From contig CAWJSK010000001.1 of NCBI GenBank assembly GCA_963845535.1, positions 1-64,000 on the forward strand: DNA of 64,000 nt, given 5' to 3'. The notes under the pieces were generated by a model. That model saw nothing but the letters and a program-made list of their open reading frames with translations. It was not told the DNA's origin and made no database searches. Below, in pieces: positions 1 through 10,629 of the stretch. The DNA comes from an uncultured Spirochaetota bacterium (lineage in GTDB: Bacteria > Spirochaetota > Spirochaetia > SZUA-6 > Fen-1364). Position numbers and translations under genes: made by a program. The first letter of the stretch is position 1; every line of letters begins with the position of its first letter.

Positions 1-45
<45 letters not shown>

Positions 46-62
46 CAGGGTAACGGGGAGGC

Positions 63-91
63 ATTCTACCGGCGGCCTTCCCCGCTGTCAA
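63..91 (-). promoter_or_regulatory. sigma70-type promoter of the tRNA
   Basis: TTGACA-17 nt-TAGAAT on the minus strand just upstream of the tRNA. Confidence 0.75.
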
Positions 92-200
92 TCGCCGCCA
101 CGCGCCGTGCGCGCCATCGCCGCGCATCATCGCCGCGCATCATCGCCGCCGCGCTCCATCGCTGCTACGCGCAATCGCCGCTGGCGACATAGCGCGATGC
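92..200. repeat. Degenerate short tandem repeat (about 13 nt, catcgccgcgcat-like)
   Basis: Repeated cgccgcgcatcat/catcgccg units in the intergenic region. Confidence 0.5.
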
Positions 201-207
201 TGGGTGT

Positions 208-663
208 CTACTCGTCCGAGAACTCCGGAAACCTGTAGAACGCGTGGGCGCGCGGTATGTCGTAGTCGGGAGTGGCGTTTCCGGCGCGAACGCACTCCGA
301 CAGCCCGGCCTCCGCCTGGTCAAGCGGCACATCCAGCGAAATAGCCACCTGGGCAACCGTGAGAATGCCCTTGTGCTCTCGGGCGAGCTTCAGGATTCGA
401 ACAGGAAGCAACGGATCAATGACCACTCGCGGCGCGGGAGGCCTTCGCGTGCCTTTGCCGCCGGAGAGCTTGATCCCGACGACCCTGCGCACCAACGCGC
501 GCAGGTCAGGGCCTGCAAGGATCCAGATTCCAGTGCCTATCAGCAGCCCTCCCACGACGAACGCTTCCAGGAAAACCGGGAAGATCGGGCTGGCGCCGAC
601 GAAGATACCGGCGACCCCCGCAGCAAGCACAGTGTATCCAAGGACTCGTCGTGGTCTCTTCAC
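208..663 (-). CDS. Hypothetical membrane protein (2 N-terminal TM helices, C-terminal winged-helix-like region)
   Basis: GTG start after an AGGA-like SD; two hydrophobic segments; LTVAQVAISLDVPLDQAEAGL HTH-like stretch. Confidence 0.7.
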   Translation of the reverse strand: MKRPRRVLGYTVLAAGVAGIFVGASPIFPVFLEAFVVGGLLIGTGIWILAGPDLRALVRRVVGIKLSGGKGTRRPPAPRVVIDPLLPVRILKLAREHKGILTVAQVAISLDVPLDQAEAGLSECVRAGNATPDYDIPRAHAFYRFPEFSDE

Positions 664-782
664 TCCTGCCTCAGTCCACTTCGATCATAGCCCGTGACGC
701 ATACATCGGCAACCGTTGCACGGAACGCGATTACAAACGCTTTGTTTGCATTCCACCGTCAATCCGCTATACTCCGTGACCG

Positions 783-1523
783 ATGATAATCAGCATCGTG
801 ATACCTGCATACAACGAGGAGAAGTTTATCGGGCCGTGTCTGAAGTCCGTGCTGCGGGAAGCTCACTGCTACGGTAACGACGCGGAAGTGCTGGTCGTCA
901 ACAACGCGAGCACGGACAAGACCCGTCAGGTTGCCTGCGGCTATCCCGGCGTCAGGGTCATCGATGAGCCACGCAAGGGGCTGTCCCGGGCGCGCCACCG
1001 CGGCTATCTCGAGTCCCGCGGTGACCTCGTGGTGAACGTGGACGCTGACTGCATCATGCCCCGGGGCTATCTTGCCCGCGTGGTCAGGAGCTTCGAGCTG
1101 GACAGGAGACTTGCGCTCCTGACGGGGCCGTTCCTGTATCACGACCTTCCCCAGGTCGCCCAGGTGGTGACTATCCTTTTCTATCTCTTCCAGTTCGTGC
1201 CCAACACCATCGGTCAAAGGATCCTCAAGGTAGGAGCCGTGGCGCAGGGGGGGAACTTCACCGCGCGCCGCTCCGCCCTGCAGAAAGTGGGGGGATACGA
1301 CACGTCGCTCACGTTCTACGGTGAGGACACCGACATCGCCATCAGGCTTTCGCACGTCGGGCTCGTGAGATTCAGCTTCACGGTCCTCATGAAAACGTCA
1401 GGCCGACGCCTGCGGAAGGAAGGCGTGCTGCGGGCTGGCACCCTCTACACGCTGAACATCATCTTCATGATCCTCAAGGGACGGCCACTGACGCGAACTC
1501 ACCAGGACGTGAGGATTGGGTGA
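783..1523 (+). CDS. Glycosyltransferase family 2
   Basis: [22 protein letters not shown] and GEDTD motifs. Confidence 0.9.
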   Translation: MIISIVIPAYNEEKFIGPCLKSVLREAHCYGNDAEVLVVNNASTDKTRQVACGYPGVRVIDEPRKGLSRARHRGYLESRGDLVVNVDADCIMPRGYLARVVRSFELDRRLALLTGPFLYHDLPQVAQVVTILFYLFQFVPNTIGQRILKVGAVAQGGNFTARRSALQKVGGYDTSLTFYGEDTDIAIRLSHVGLVRFSFTVLMKTSGRRLRKEGVLRAGTLYTLNIIFMILKGRPLTRTHQDVRIG

Positions 1524-2151
1524 GCCGGGCCTCTTGCGGAGTCTCGGTCCGTTCCTTCCTGACCAGGTAGCTCGTGAAACCGAGCTTCACCAGCTTCCGC
1601 TGCGTATCGGTCAGCTCCTGGGCTGAAAGCGCACGGACAAACACGCGCGTGATGCCGAGCTGGCTTTTCTCCGTGGTTACGGTGAACCCCTCACTCGAGA
1701 GGAGTGACGCGGTCTTCTGCGCGTTCTGCTCCTGGCCGAAGGCGCCCACTTGGATTGCGTACAGGTCGTTCGAGGAGACGAACTCCACGATTTGAAGGGA
1801 TACATGGGCCACTCCGCTGTCGATCATCCCGAGCTCGATGGCGGCGGCCCGGGAAAGATCGATGATCCGCCCTTCGACGAACGGGCCCCTGTCGTTGATT
1901 TTGACCTGAACGGACTTTCCATTGTCCAGATTGGTCACTTTGACGATGGTCCCGAACGGCAGCGTCTTGTGGGCCGCCGTCAGCGTGTTCGTGTCGAACA
2001 CTTCGCCGCTGGAGGTCAACCGCCCGTGGAACTTGCCGCCATACCAGGAGGCAAGGCCGTCCTCGGCGGCCGCGATGGCAGGGGAAAGGGTCAACAGCGT
2101 GAGGAGGAGGATTATCCCTTTCACGAATCTCATTATCGGCTTTCGATTCAT
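1474..2151 (-). CDS. rlpA: Septal ring lytic transglycosylase RlpA (DPBB + SPOR domains)
   Basis: Signal peptide; [34 protein letters not shown]-like YAIQVGAF. Confidence 0.92.
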   Translation of the reverse strand: MNRKPIMRFVKGIILLLTLLTLSPAIAAAEDGLASWYGGKFHGRLTSSGEVFDTNTLTAAHKTLPFGTIVKVTNLDNGKSVQVKINDRGPFVEGRIIDLSRAAAIELGMIDSGVAHVSLQIVEFVSSNDLYAIQVGAFGQEQNAQKTASLLSSEGFTVTTEKSQLGITRVFVRALSAQELTDTQRKLVKLGFTSYLVRKERTETPQEARLTQSSRPGEFASVAVP

Positions 2152-2316
2152 AAAGTCCGCACTATGGCAAAAATCCGCGCCGGAGGCAAGAGGCCCGGCA
2201 GGCAGGCATCAGGTAGGCAAGGGGGAGGAGCCCCGAAAGTACCCACGGCATCCCCTGTACGCGCCCCGCGTATCGATGTTATATGTTCGACGACAGAGGG
2301 TTCGACGGAGGGCATA

Positions 2317-3027
2317 ATGGTCGATCTTTCCGACCTGAAGAAAAGCCTGGGCACGAACGCAGCCGACAGATTCGTCACGGACGGGATGCGTCTCGGGCTG
2401 GGGACCGGCACGACCGCCATCTGGGCGGCCCGAAGGGTGGCGGAACGCCTTGCGGAAGGCAGCCTCCGCGAGATCACAGCCGTAGTCACGAGCCTTCAGA
2501 CGGAGCTCGAAGCCCGCGCGCTTGGGATACCTGTGGTCACGCTGAACAACGCGTCACTGGGAGGCGAGCTCGACCTGACCATCGACGGGGCTGACGAAGT
2601 GGATGAATCGTTCAACCTCATCAAGGGCGGCGGCGGCGCCCTCCTCATGGAGAAGATCGTTGCCTATGTGTCGCGCCGGTTCCTCGTCATCGTCGACCAT
2701 ACGAAGCTCAGCTCACGGTTGTGTGATCATTCTCCCGTACCCGTGGAGATCGTGGTGGATTCGCTCGAGACGGTGAAGAAAAGGCTTCGCGAAATGGGCG
2801 GAGAGGTGTCGCTGCGCATCGGGCAGCGCAAAGCAGGCCCCGTTGTCACGGACCTGGGCAACCTGCTTCTGGACGTGACTTTTCCCGAGGCTTTTGATCC
2901 TGGCCAGATGGAGGCGGACATAAAGCTGATACCGGGAGTGCTGGAGAACGGCCTTTTTACTCGAAAGACCCCGGAGCTCCTGGTAGGAGCCGCCAACGGC
3001 GGCCTGGAGCACCGCAGGAAGGCTTGA
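2317..3027 (+). CDS. rpiA: Ribose-5-phosphate isomerase A
   Basis: LGLGTGTT, DGADEVD, IKGGGGAL, VVTDLGN motifs; ATG 2317 follows GGAGGG, so the longer ORF from 1750 is a spurious extension. Confidence 0.95.
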   Translation: MVDLSDLKKSLGTNAADRFVTDGMRLGLGTGTTAIWAARRVAERLAEGSLREITAVVTSLQTELEARALGIPVVTLNNASLGGELDLTIDGADEVDESFNLIKGGGGALLMEKIVAYVSRRFLVIVDHTKLSSRLCDHSPVPVEIVVDSLETVKKRLREMGGEVSLRIGQRKAGPVVTDLGNLLLDVTFPEAFDPGQMEADIKLIPGVLENGLFTRKTPELLVGAANGGLEHRRKA

Positions 3028-3048
3028 GGCCGCGCTGCGGCTCGCGGG

Positions 3049-3186
3049 CTATTCCACGGCCACCTTTTTGCCCGTACGGGCGTCCCGCACGGAGCATTCC
3101 TGATTGTCCCTCACGTAGCTTTTCGCGTACTCCAGATCATCAGTTTCAACGAGAATCTCTCCATCTTTGTAGATGAGGTAAATCAC
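3049..3186 (-). CDS. Small 45-aa hypothetical protein MIYLIYKDGEILVETDDLEYAKSYVRDNQECSVRDARTGKKVAVE (below ORF-track cutoff)
   Basis: GTG start after AAGGGG SD, TAG stop, protein-like composition, upstream TGnTAGAAT extended -10. Confidence 0.75.
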   Translation of the reverse strand: MIYLIYKDGEILVETDDLEYAKSYVRDNQECSVRDARTGKKVAVE

Positions 3187-3402
3187 GGTTTCCCCTTCTC
3201 TCTATAATATATCGACATATTCTACCACGATTGCGAAGCGGGGGAGAAGACTGCGGGGGCAACAGGCGGGGGGGCGGGGCACCGGGGTGGTCGCGGCACG
3301 GGGTGGGTGGCCGCAGCGCGCTGGTCGCGGCGTCCTGATCCTTGACATGAGGCTTCCGGCCAATAGACTCTGGAATGTGAGACGATGCGCGGAGGTGAAA
3401 GC

Positions 3403-3687
3403 ATGATCTTCCTGGCCTCGCAGTTTCTGTTCATCCTGTTTGGTCTCATCGGGCTCATTGTCTGGTCCTACTCGGACATGCCCCTGGTGATGCGGGAGAT
3501 CGCCATCAACACGCGCAGGAGCGCCGAGCAGGGCAGCTCGTACAGCCTCATGAAGGTGCTGTCGGTGTGCCTGAAGATTTTCGCGGTCCTGCTCTGGTTC
3601 GCGGGAGTCGCGTCCATCATCGTCCTGAACTTTGCCGGTACCACCCTGGGAGGTCTGTTCCCGGGGGTCAGCGCTTCCGTCCCCTGA
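3403..3687 (+). CDS. Hypothetical 2-TM membrane protein
   Basis: GGAGGTG SD before ATG 3403; two hydrophobic helices; TTGACA-16-TAGACT upstream. Confidence 0.7.
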   Translation: MIFLASQFLFILFGLIGLIVWSYSDMPLVMREIAINTRRSAEQGSSYSLMKVLSVCLKIFAVLLWFAGVASIIVLNFAGTTLGGLFPGVSASVP

Positions 3688-3708
3688 GCAGGGAAGAAGC
3701 TGCCTGTC

Positions 3709-4476
3709 ATGCGGATTGTGCGGTATGAAGCCAGCGGCCGGGTTTCCTGGGGCATTGTGGAATCCTCGGACGGCCGAACGGGGACGGTGAAGGAAATGGC
3801 CTCTTCCCCGTTTGTGGGTAAGGAAACAACTTCGACCATACGCGGCCTGAATGACGTGCGTCTCCTTGCCCCTTGCATGCCCTCCAAGATCTTCGCCCTG
3901 GCGCACAACTACGGAGATCACCTGCAAGGGAAGGCGCCGCCGTCCGAGCCCCAGGTGTTTCTCAAGGTCCCAAGCTCCGTCATCAACCCCGGAGAGACCA
4001 TCGTTCTGCCTTCGGGGCAGGGCAGGGTGGATGAGGAAGCGGAGCTGGTGGTGGTCATGGGAAAGCGCTGCAAAGCCGTTCGGCGCGCGGACGCCCTGGA
4101 CTACGTGCTGGGCTACACGTGCGGGAACGATGTCAGCGCGCGAGTGTGGCAGAAGACGGACCTGAACTGGTGGCGCGCCAAATCCTCAGACACCTTTTCA
4201 CCCTTCGGGCCGTTCATCGTCACTGACATAGACCCGAGCGCCGCGCTCATCACCGGCCGGATCAACGGCAAGGAAGTCCAGCGTTGCTCGTCCGCTGATC
4301 TGATCTTCGACATCCCTGCGTTGATCGAGTGGATTTCCCGCTCGGTGACGATGGAGCCCGGTGACCTCATCTTCACCGGCACCTCCGGCAGCCCTGCGGA
4401 GCTGCATCCCGGGGACGTGGTGGAGGTGGAGATCAACGGGATTGGCGTGCTTTCAAACACGGTGGCACAGGGCTGA
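3709..4476 (+). CDS. Fumarylacetoacetate hydrolase family protein
   Basis: PSKIFALAHNY, FLKVPSS, DEEAELVVV, GNDVSAR, PGDLIFTGT. Confidence 0.92.
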   Translation: MRIVRYEASGRVSWGIVESSDGRTGTVKEMASSPFVGKETTSTIRGLNDVRLLAPCMPSKIFALAHNYGDHLQGKAPPSEPQVFLKVPSSVINPGETIVLPSGQGRVDEEAELVVVMGKRCKAVRRADALDYVLGYTCGNDVSARVWQKTDLNWWRAKSSDTFSPFGPFIVTDIDPSAALITGRINGKEVQRCSSADLIFDIPALIEWISRSVTMEPGDLIFTGTSGSPAELHPGDVVEVEINGIGVLSNTVAQG

Positions 4477-4511
4477 AAGGCAGTTCGTTTTCGTTGACAT
4501 TTGAGCATAAA

Positions 4512-4555
4512 GAAGGCGGCCCTCCGCATGGGGTACCACGCTAGGGGCCGCCTTC
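4512..4555 (-). terminator. Intrinsic terminator between convergent FAH gene and eno
   Basis: 11-bp stem GAAGGCGGCCC/GGGCCGCCTTC followed by TTTAT on the minus strand. Confidence 0.65.
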
Positions 4556-4579
4556 ATTGATCGTCCGCTGCGTTTCAGC

Positions 4580-5981
<1,402 letters not shown>

Positions 5982-6025
5982 TCCGGCCGTTGCTCTTGGC
6001 GTGGCCAAGGCCTACAATGGAAGTG

Positions 6026-6922
6026 ATGAACTTCACTCTGACCACTCAGATGATCGACAAGATAGCCTTTGCCATGGAGGACCAGAAGGAGCGCTACGTG
6101 GTCGACGTGGACACGGGCGAGCTGGTCCCCCTGTCCGCACACTCGGGAGCTCTCCCGGAAGACAGGTACGTTCAGCTCCCGCGCTGGGGATCCGCTGAGG
6201 GCTTCCATCTCATGGAAAGCTTCGTCACATCACTCGACAATCCCGCGCACAGGGCCGAGCTTGCCCACGCCCTCACCATGGGCAAAGGTGTGTTTCGGGC
6301 GTTCAAGGACGCGCTGAAGGCCAGCAAGATAGAGAAGCTCTGGTTCGACTACAAGGAGCGCCGGCTGAGAGGGATTATCGTGAGCTGGTACAACGCCAAC
6401 AGGGAGGCGCGCGGGCTTGCCCAACTCCCCGTTGAGCCCGAGGAAACAGAAGAGCTGGTGATGAGCGATTTTTCCTTTACCTGGAGCGTCAAAGAGCACG
6501 GGGAAGACATCCTGCGCCTGGACCGCGACGCTTTCTTCGAGCTTTTCCCCGGGGAGTCGCCCGAGCGCCTGCAGGAGAGGTACTCGGAGAAGCGAAGCGG
6601 AGTGCCGGCGCTCGGAGCCAGGGAGGCTCCCCTCCTCATTGCGGAGACGCCGGAAGGTGAGTTGGCCGGCTTCGCGTGGGGCCTCATTGAAGGCCATTCC
6701 GTGCACATCATCCAGCTGGCCATCGTGCCGGGGCTGAGGGGAATTGGGCTTGGGGAGGTGATCGTGAAGAAGTATCTCACCGACATGCGCTCCCGGGATA
6801 TGGTGCGTCTCACGCTGGAGCTTGCCGGCAAGTCCCAACGGTTCTCCAACTTTTTCCAGTCCGTGGGGTTCCGACCCGTAACCCAGGCCCTGGAGTGCAG
6901 CCTGGACGAGCTGCCCTATTGA
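6026..6922 (+). CDS. UPF0158-family domain fused to C-terminal GNAT acetyltransferase
   Basis: N-terminal EGFHLMESFV...GKGVFRAFKDAL; C-terminal LAIVPGLRGIGLG acetyl-CoA motif; TTGCTC-17-TACAAT ends 7 nt before ATG 6026. Confidence 0.8.
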   Translation: MNFTLTTQMIDKIAFAMEDQKERYVVDVDTGELVPLSAHSGALPEDRYVQLPRWGSAEGFHLMESFVTSLDNPAHRAELAHALTMGKGVFRAFKDALKASKIEKLWFDYKERRLRGIIVSWYNANREARGLAQLPVEPEETEELVMSDFSFTWSVKEHGEDILRLDRDAFFELFPGESPERLQERYSEKRSGVPALGAREAPLLIAETPEGELAGFAWGLIEGHSVHIIQLAIVPGLRGIGLGEVIVKKYLTDMRSRDMVRLTLELAGKSQRFSNFFQSVGFRPVTQALECSLDELPY

Positions 6923-6942
6923 CAGGCGGGCTCCTCCGGGAG

Positions 6943-7749
6943 CTATCCGCGTTTTCTCAGGATGATGCGCGCGGCCTCGCAGAAGCCTGCCGCGCAATCA
7001 GCCTCCGTGATGAACTCGGGCGGATGCTTGATACGCGGCAGGAAGGTGCGGACGTTGCCCACCCCAATCGAGTGAGGGAAGCCCTCGAACAGCGGCTCGT
7101 CGTTCGGCGAGTCACCAAGGAAGACGGACGTTTCTCCAAGCTCGGGGAGCTGTGCCGCGGGGGCGTCTTCCTGGAGGAACGTTCGGGTCCCCGAGAGCTT
7201 GTCGAAATCTCCAATCCAGAAGTTCACGTGGATGCTGGAAACCTTGAAGTGGACGCCCTCCTCCTGGAGGATGCGGCATATGGCGTCTACTTTCTCCGCC
7301 GTCAGGGGCGGCACGTCCTCGCAGTAGTCGATGGCTATGTCGCTTATTCGAAAGGGCTGGTCCGCGGCAAGGGCGGCCCCGGGGACTTCCTTCAGGACAC
7401 GGGCCGCCACGCGCCGAAGGTCCGCTCCCCGGGAGTCTGAGCTGCCCAACTGCCGGCGCTTCATCTTTCGGGCCGTCCTGTCATAGGAGTAGACAAAAGC
7501 GCCATTCTCCCCTACCACGGCGGCAACGGGCCACATCCTCGCGATGTGGTCACACCAGCCGGCAGGCCTTCCGGTGACAGGTACCACCTTGATCCCGGCG
7601 CGGGAAAGGTCCCACAGCGCGTCGTACGAGGAATCCAGAAGCATTCCGTCCGTGGTCAGAGTGTCGTCGATATCGGCAAACAAATACCGCAGACGCTTGC
7701 ACAGTTGCTCAGGCAGGGATTCAACGGGGAAGGGACGTGAATTGCTCAT
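6943..7749 (-). CDS. HAD-IIB family hydrolase
   Basis: FADIDDTL, VTGR, GDSPND motifs. Confidence 0.9.
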   Translation of the reverse strand: MSNSRPFPVESLPEQLCKRLRYLFADIDDTLTTDGMLLDSSYDALWDLSRAGIKVVPVTGRPAGWCDHIARMWPVAAVVGENGAFVYSYDRTARKMKRRQLGSSDSRGADLRRVAARVLKEVPGAALAADQPFRISDIAIDYCEDVPPLTAEKVDAICRILQEEGVHFKVSSIHVNFWIGDFDKLSGTRTFLQEDAPAAQLPELGETSVFLGDSPNDEPLFEGFPHSIGVGNVRTFLPRIKHPPEFITEADCAAGFCEAARIILRKRG

Positions 7750-7761
7750 CCGGACGCTGTC

Positions 7762-8724
7762 TCAGTGCAGAGATCCGGTCTCAGGCAGCTCGTTCTTTCC
7801 GCCGGTCCCCAGCCCCTGCTCGGCAAGCAGCCGCAGACGGGCCCGCTCCGTTCGCTCGTGCAACTGCCCGAGGGCGGCCATGACACGGTCTGCCACGTGC
7901 TGCTTGTGGTCCTCGACGTGGATTCGCTCCCGCAGGGCTTCCTTTCGGAACTCGGAGCACTTGCGAACCGGGCTCGCGGTGTAGATCATGACGTCCTTGG
8001 CCACGAAATCCTCATCCATGCAGTTGTTCGGGTTCGGAAGCAGGCAATTGCCGTTCACGGCCACCGTCACAACGTACGTGTAGAACTTCAGGTATGAGTC
8101 GATTTCACGGATACCACGAGCCGTGGAAGGGTCCCAGGGCCTGTACCGCGTGCCGGAAGGGAAAACGAGGATGAGACGGCCCTGCTTGCGCAGGGAGTTC
8201 AGCATCTTCATGGCGGCGATGTTGATCCGCGCGCGTTTCTTTTCGGCTTCCCGAAGCTGTCGGGGGTCCGTGATGCCGCCGAAGGATCGCGCGGGGTACA
8301 GCACTACCCGGGTGAATACCTCCGTGAAGGCGAGGACCAGCTTGCTTGTCTCATTCAATTTGATGCCCGCCACGGAGACGATCGAGTCCGCAATCCGCTG
8401 CATCTCCTCATTCCCCCGTTCCAGGAGCTCGAAGAAACAAGGGATGTCGAAGTTGCTGTAATGTTCCATGAGGATGAGGCAGGCCTTTTTCCTCTGGGCC
8501 AGGTGGCGCAGCTCGCTCAAGTGCTCCCGGCCGACAATCCGGCTTCCGGGCAGCATGAGATCCTGGACAATCTGTCGCAGGAGCGGCTTGTTGGCGGGGT
8601 TCCCCTCCTGGTAGACGTTTTTCTCCGTCACCATGGAAGCACCGGTCGAGCTGTCGATCATTCTGCGAATGATGTCGACGTACTTGCTGTTGTTCAGGAC
8701 GGACTCTTCGTGCATGACGAACAC
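7762..8724 (-). CDS. Glycerol-3-phosphate / 1-acylglycerol-3-phosphate acyltransferase (PlsC superfamily)
   Basis: HYSNFD (HxxxxD) and FPSGTR motifs; exact start uncertain. Confidence 0.85.
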   Translation of the reverse strand: MFVMHEESVLNNSKYVDIIRRMIDSSTGASMVTEKNVYQEGNPANKPLLRQIVQDLMLPGSRIVGREHLSELRHLAQRKKACLILMEHYSNFDIPCFFELLERGNEEMQRIADSIVSVAGIKLNETSKLVLAFTEVFTRVVLYPARSFGGITDPRQLREAEKKRARINIAAMKMLNSLRKQGRLILVFPSGTRYRPWDPSTARGIREIDSYLKFYTYVVTVAVNGNCLLPNPNNCMDEDFVAKDVMIYTASPVRKCSEFRKEALRERIHVEDHKQHVADRVMAALGQLHERTERARLRLLAEQGLGTGGKNELPETGSLH

Positions 8725-8861
8725 CTATTGTGGCCGATGATGAAGAGATCTGTCAATCCAGTCCGGGAAGACCTTTTTCGGGCGGCAGTACGTTTTGCTT
8801 TGCCCACGTGAAGCCGATGATGATGGTATCATTATCTGGGAGCTCGCTTCGAGGAGGACTC

Positions 8862-10436
8862 ATGAAAAGGCTCTGGGTGGCCGTCGCCGTGGCGGTGTTT
8901 GCATTTCCAGCGTTTTCGGAGGTGACTTTCACTATCGGCAATTCCGGTGAACCGGAAACCCTGGACCCTCAGCTCGTCTACAGCATCCCCGAGCAGAGGA
9001 TGACGCTTGCGCTTTTCGAGAACCTCCTCTCCTATGACGCCAAAACAGGGGATCCCCAGCCCGGGCTTGCGGAGAGCTGGACCCAGGGGAGTGACGGCCT
9101 CACATGGACCATCACCCTGCGGCAGGACGCCGCGTGGAGCGACGGCACCCCCATCACGGCCCAGACGGTCGTGGATTCCTGGCTGAGGGAGTTGGACCCT
9201 GACACCGGCGCTCCCTTTGTTTCGCTGTTGACCGACCTGATCCGGGGGGCAGCGGAGTTCAACGCGGGCAAGGGCACGGTACAAGACGTCAAGCTGAAAG
9301 CGGTGGATGGCCGCACGCTCCAATTCACGACAGTCTCACCGGCGCCGTATGTCCCGGACCTTCTGCCCCAGCCTGCGTTCTCCGTCGTTCCCATGCACGT
9401 CATCAGGACGCACCCCAAGGACTGGACGCTTCCTGAGAACTTCGTGGGCAACGGTCCGTTCGTCCTGAAGGAGTGGACTCAACAGGAGCGCATTGTTCTC
9501 GAGAAGAATCCCCGCTACTGGGACGCGAAAGACGTGAAGTTGGATAGGGTCATCTATCTCCCGATGGAAGACGCGGGCACGGCGTATTCGATGTACGTGC
9601 AGGGGACGATCGATTGGAGCACCGCCTTCCCTCCGGCTGACAAGCTTGCGGAGGCGAAAAAGAGGGCTGACTACGTGCTGAGCCCCGTCCTGGGCACCTA
9701 CTATTACGAGTTCAATACCACCAAGCCGCCGTTCAACGACCCGCGGGTTCGAAAGGCGTTTGCCATGGCGGTAAACCGCGCGGACCTTCTGGGGAAGATC
9801 ATTCAGGCGGGCCAGATTCCCGCTTTTTCCCTCACACCACCCCTGGCTGGCCGTTTCCCGTATACCCCCCCCAAGGGCATTGCGGAAAGCGCGGACAGGG
9901 CGAAGAAGCTCCTTGCCGAAGCGGGGTTTCCCGGTGGAAAGAACTTTCCGAAAGTCCGCCTGCTCTACAATACGAATGATCAGCACAAGGTGGTTGCCGA
10001 AGCCCTCAGGGACAGGTGGCAGCAGGTTCTGGGCGTGACCGTCGAAGTCACGGACCAGGACTGGGGGACGTTTCTCCAGGTCAAGCGCTCCGGAAGCATG
10101 GGAGGGTTCGACCTGTTGCGCGCGGGCTGGGCGGCTGATTATCGTGATCCTTTCGCGTTTCTTTCCCTTTTTTCATCGGACAACAAGTCCCTGAACGATG
10201 GCTCGTACGCCAGCGCGGCGTACGATCAGATGCTTGCCAAGGCCAACTCCATGGCGGACGGACCGGATCGGATGAAGACGTTCCAGAGCGCGGAAGACCT
10301 GCTGGTAAGCCAGGACGCCGCCATCCTGCCGCTGTATTTCTACGTGTCCCAGAACATGGTGGACCTTTCGAAGTGGGGAGGTTGGTACCCCAACGTGCTG
10401 GACATCCACCCGCTTTCGGACATTTTCCGCAAGTAG
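8862..10436 (+). CDS. oppA: Peptide ABC transporter substrate-binding protein (OppA family), orphan in this window
   Basis: GAGGAGG SD; EPETLDP, WSDGTPITA, VGNGPF, RAGWAADY; signal peptide. Confidence 0.92.
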   Translation: MKRLWVAVAVAVFAFPAFSEVTFTIGNSGEPETLDPQLVYSIPEQRMTLALFENLLSYDAKTGDPQPGLAESWTQGSDGLTWTITLRQDAAWSDGTPITAQTVVDSWLRELDPDTGAPFVSLLTDLIRGAAEFNAGKGTVQDVKLKAVDGRTLQFTTVSPAPYVPDLLPQPAFSVVPMHVIRTHPKDWTLPENFVGNGPFVLKEWTQQERIVLEKNPRYWDAKDVKLDRVIYLPMEDAGTAYSMYVQGTIDWSTAFPPADKLAEAKKRADYVLSPVLGTYYYEFNTTKPPFNDPRVRKAFAMAVNRADLLGKIIQAGQIPAFSLTPPLAGRFPYTPPKGIAESADRAKKLLAEAGFPGGKNFPKVRLLYNTNDQHKVVAEALRDRWQQVLGVTVEVTDQDWGTFLQVKRSGSMGGFDLLRAGWAADYRDPFAFLSLFSSDNKSLNDGSYASAAYDQMLAKANSMADGPDRMKTFQSAEDLLVSQDAAILPLYFYVSQNMVDLSKWGGWYPNVLDIHPLSDIFRK

Positions 10437-10442
10437 AAGCGC

Positions 10443-10499
10443 AGTCACATATCCTACATTCCCGTAGCAATGGATAGCTAAACATACCGAATTGTAGGA
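10443..10499 (+). promoter_or_regulatory. Candidate enhancer (UAS) for a NifA-type activator
   Basis: AGT-N10-ACA at 10443-10458 (1 mismatch to TGT-N10-ACA); inverted half-sites TCCTACA (10452) and TGTAGGA (10493), about 85-140 nt upstream of the -24 box. Confidence 0.45.
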
Positions 10500-10581
10500 A
10501 CACCGAACTTCGCGGGATTGTTTCTTAGCAAATTCCCATCGCTTTATCGGCTTTTTCCCAACGTTCTCCCTTCCCCTGGAA

Positions 10582-10599
10582 TTGGCACGGATCTTGCTT
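10582..10599 (+). promoter_or_regulatory. sigma54 (-24/-12) promoter of amtB-glnK
   Basis: TTGGCACGGATCTTGCTT matches the TGGCACG-N4-TTGC consensus exactly. Confidence 0.9.
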
Positions 10600-10629
10600 T
10601 TCCAGGGCAACATAGAAGGGAGGATGCAA

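Noticed and set aside
92..200. Short tandem repeats beside the tRNA as an att site or ncRNA
   Set aside because: They lie on the 5' side of the tRNA, are degenerate, and no integrase is present in the window
1750..2316. N-terminal extension of RpiA in the 425-aa ORF
   Set aside because: Overlaps rlpA antisense; RpiA motifs and the SD begin at 2317
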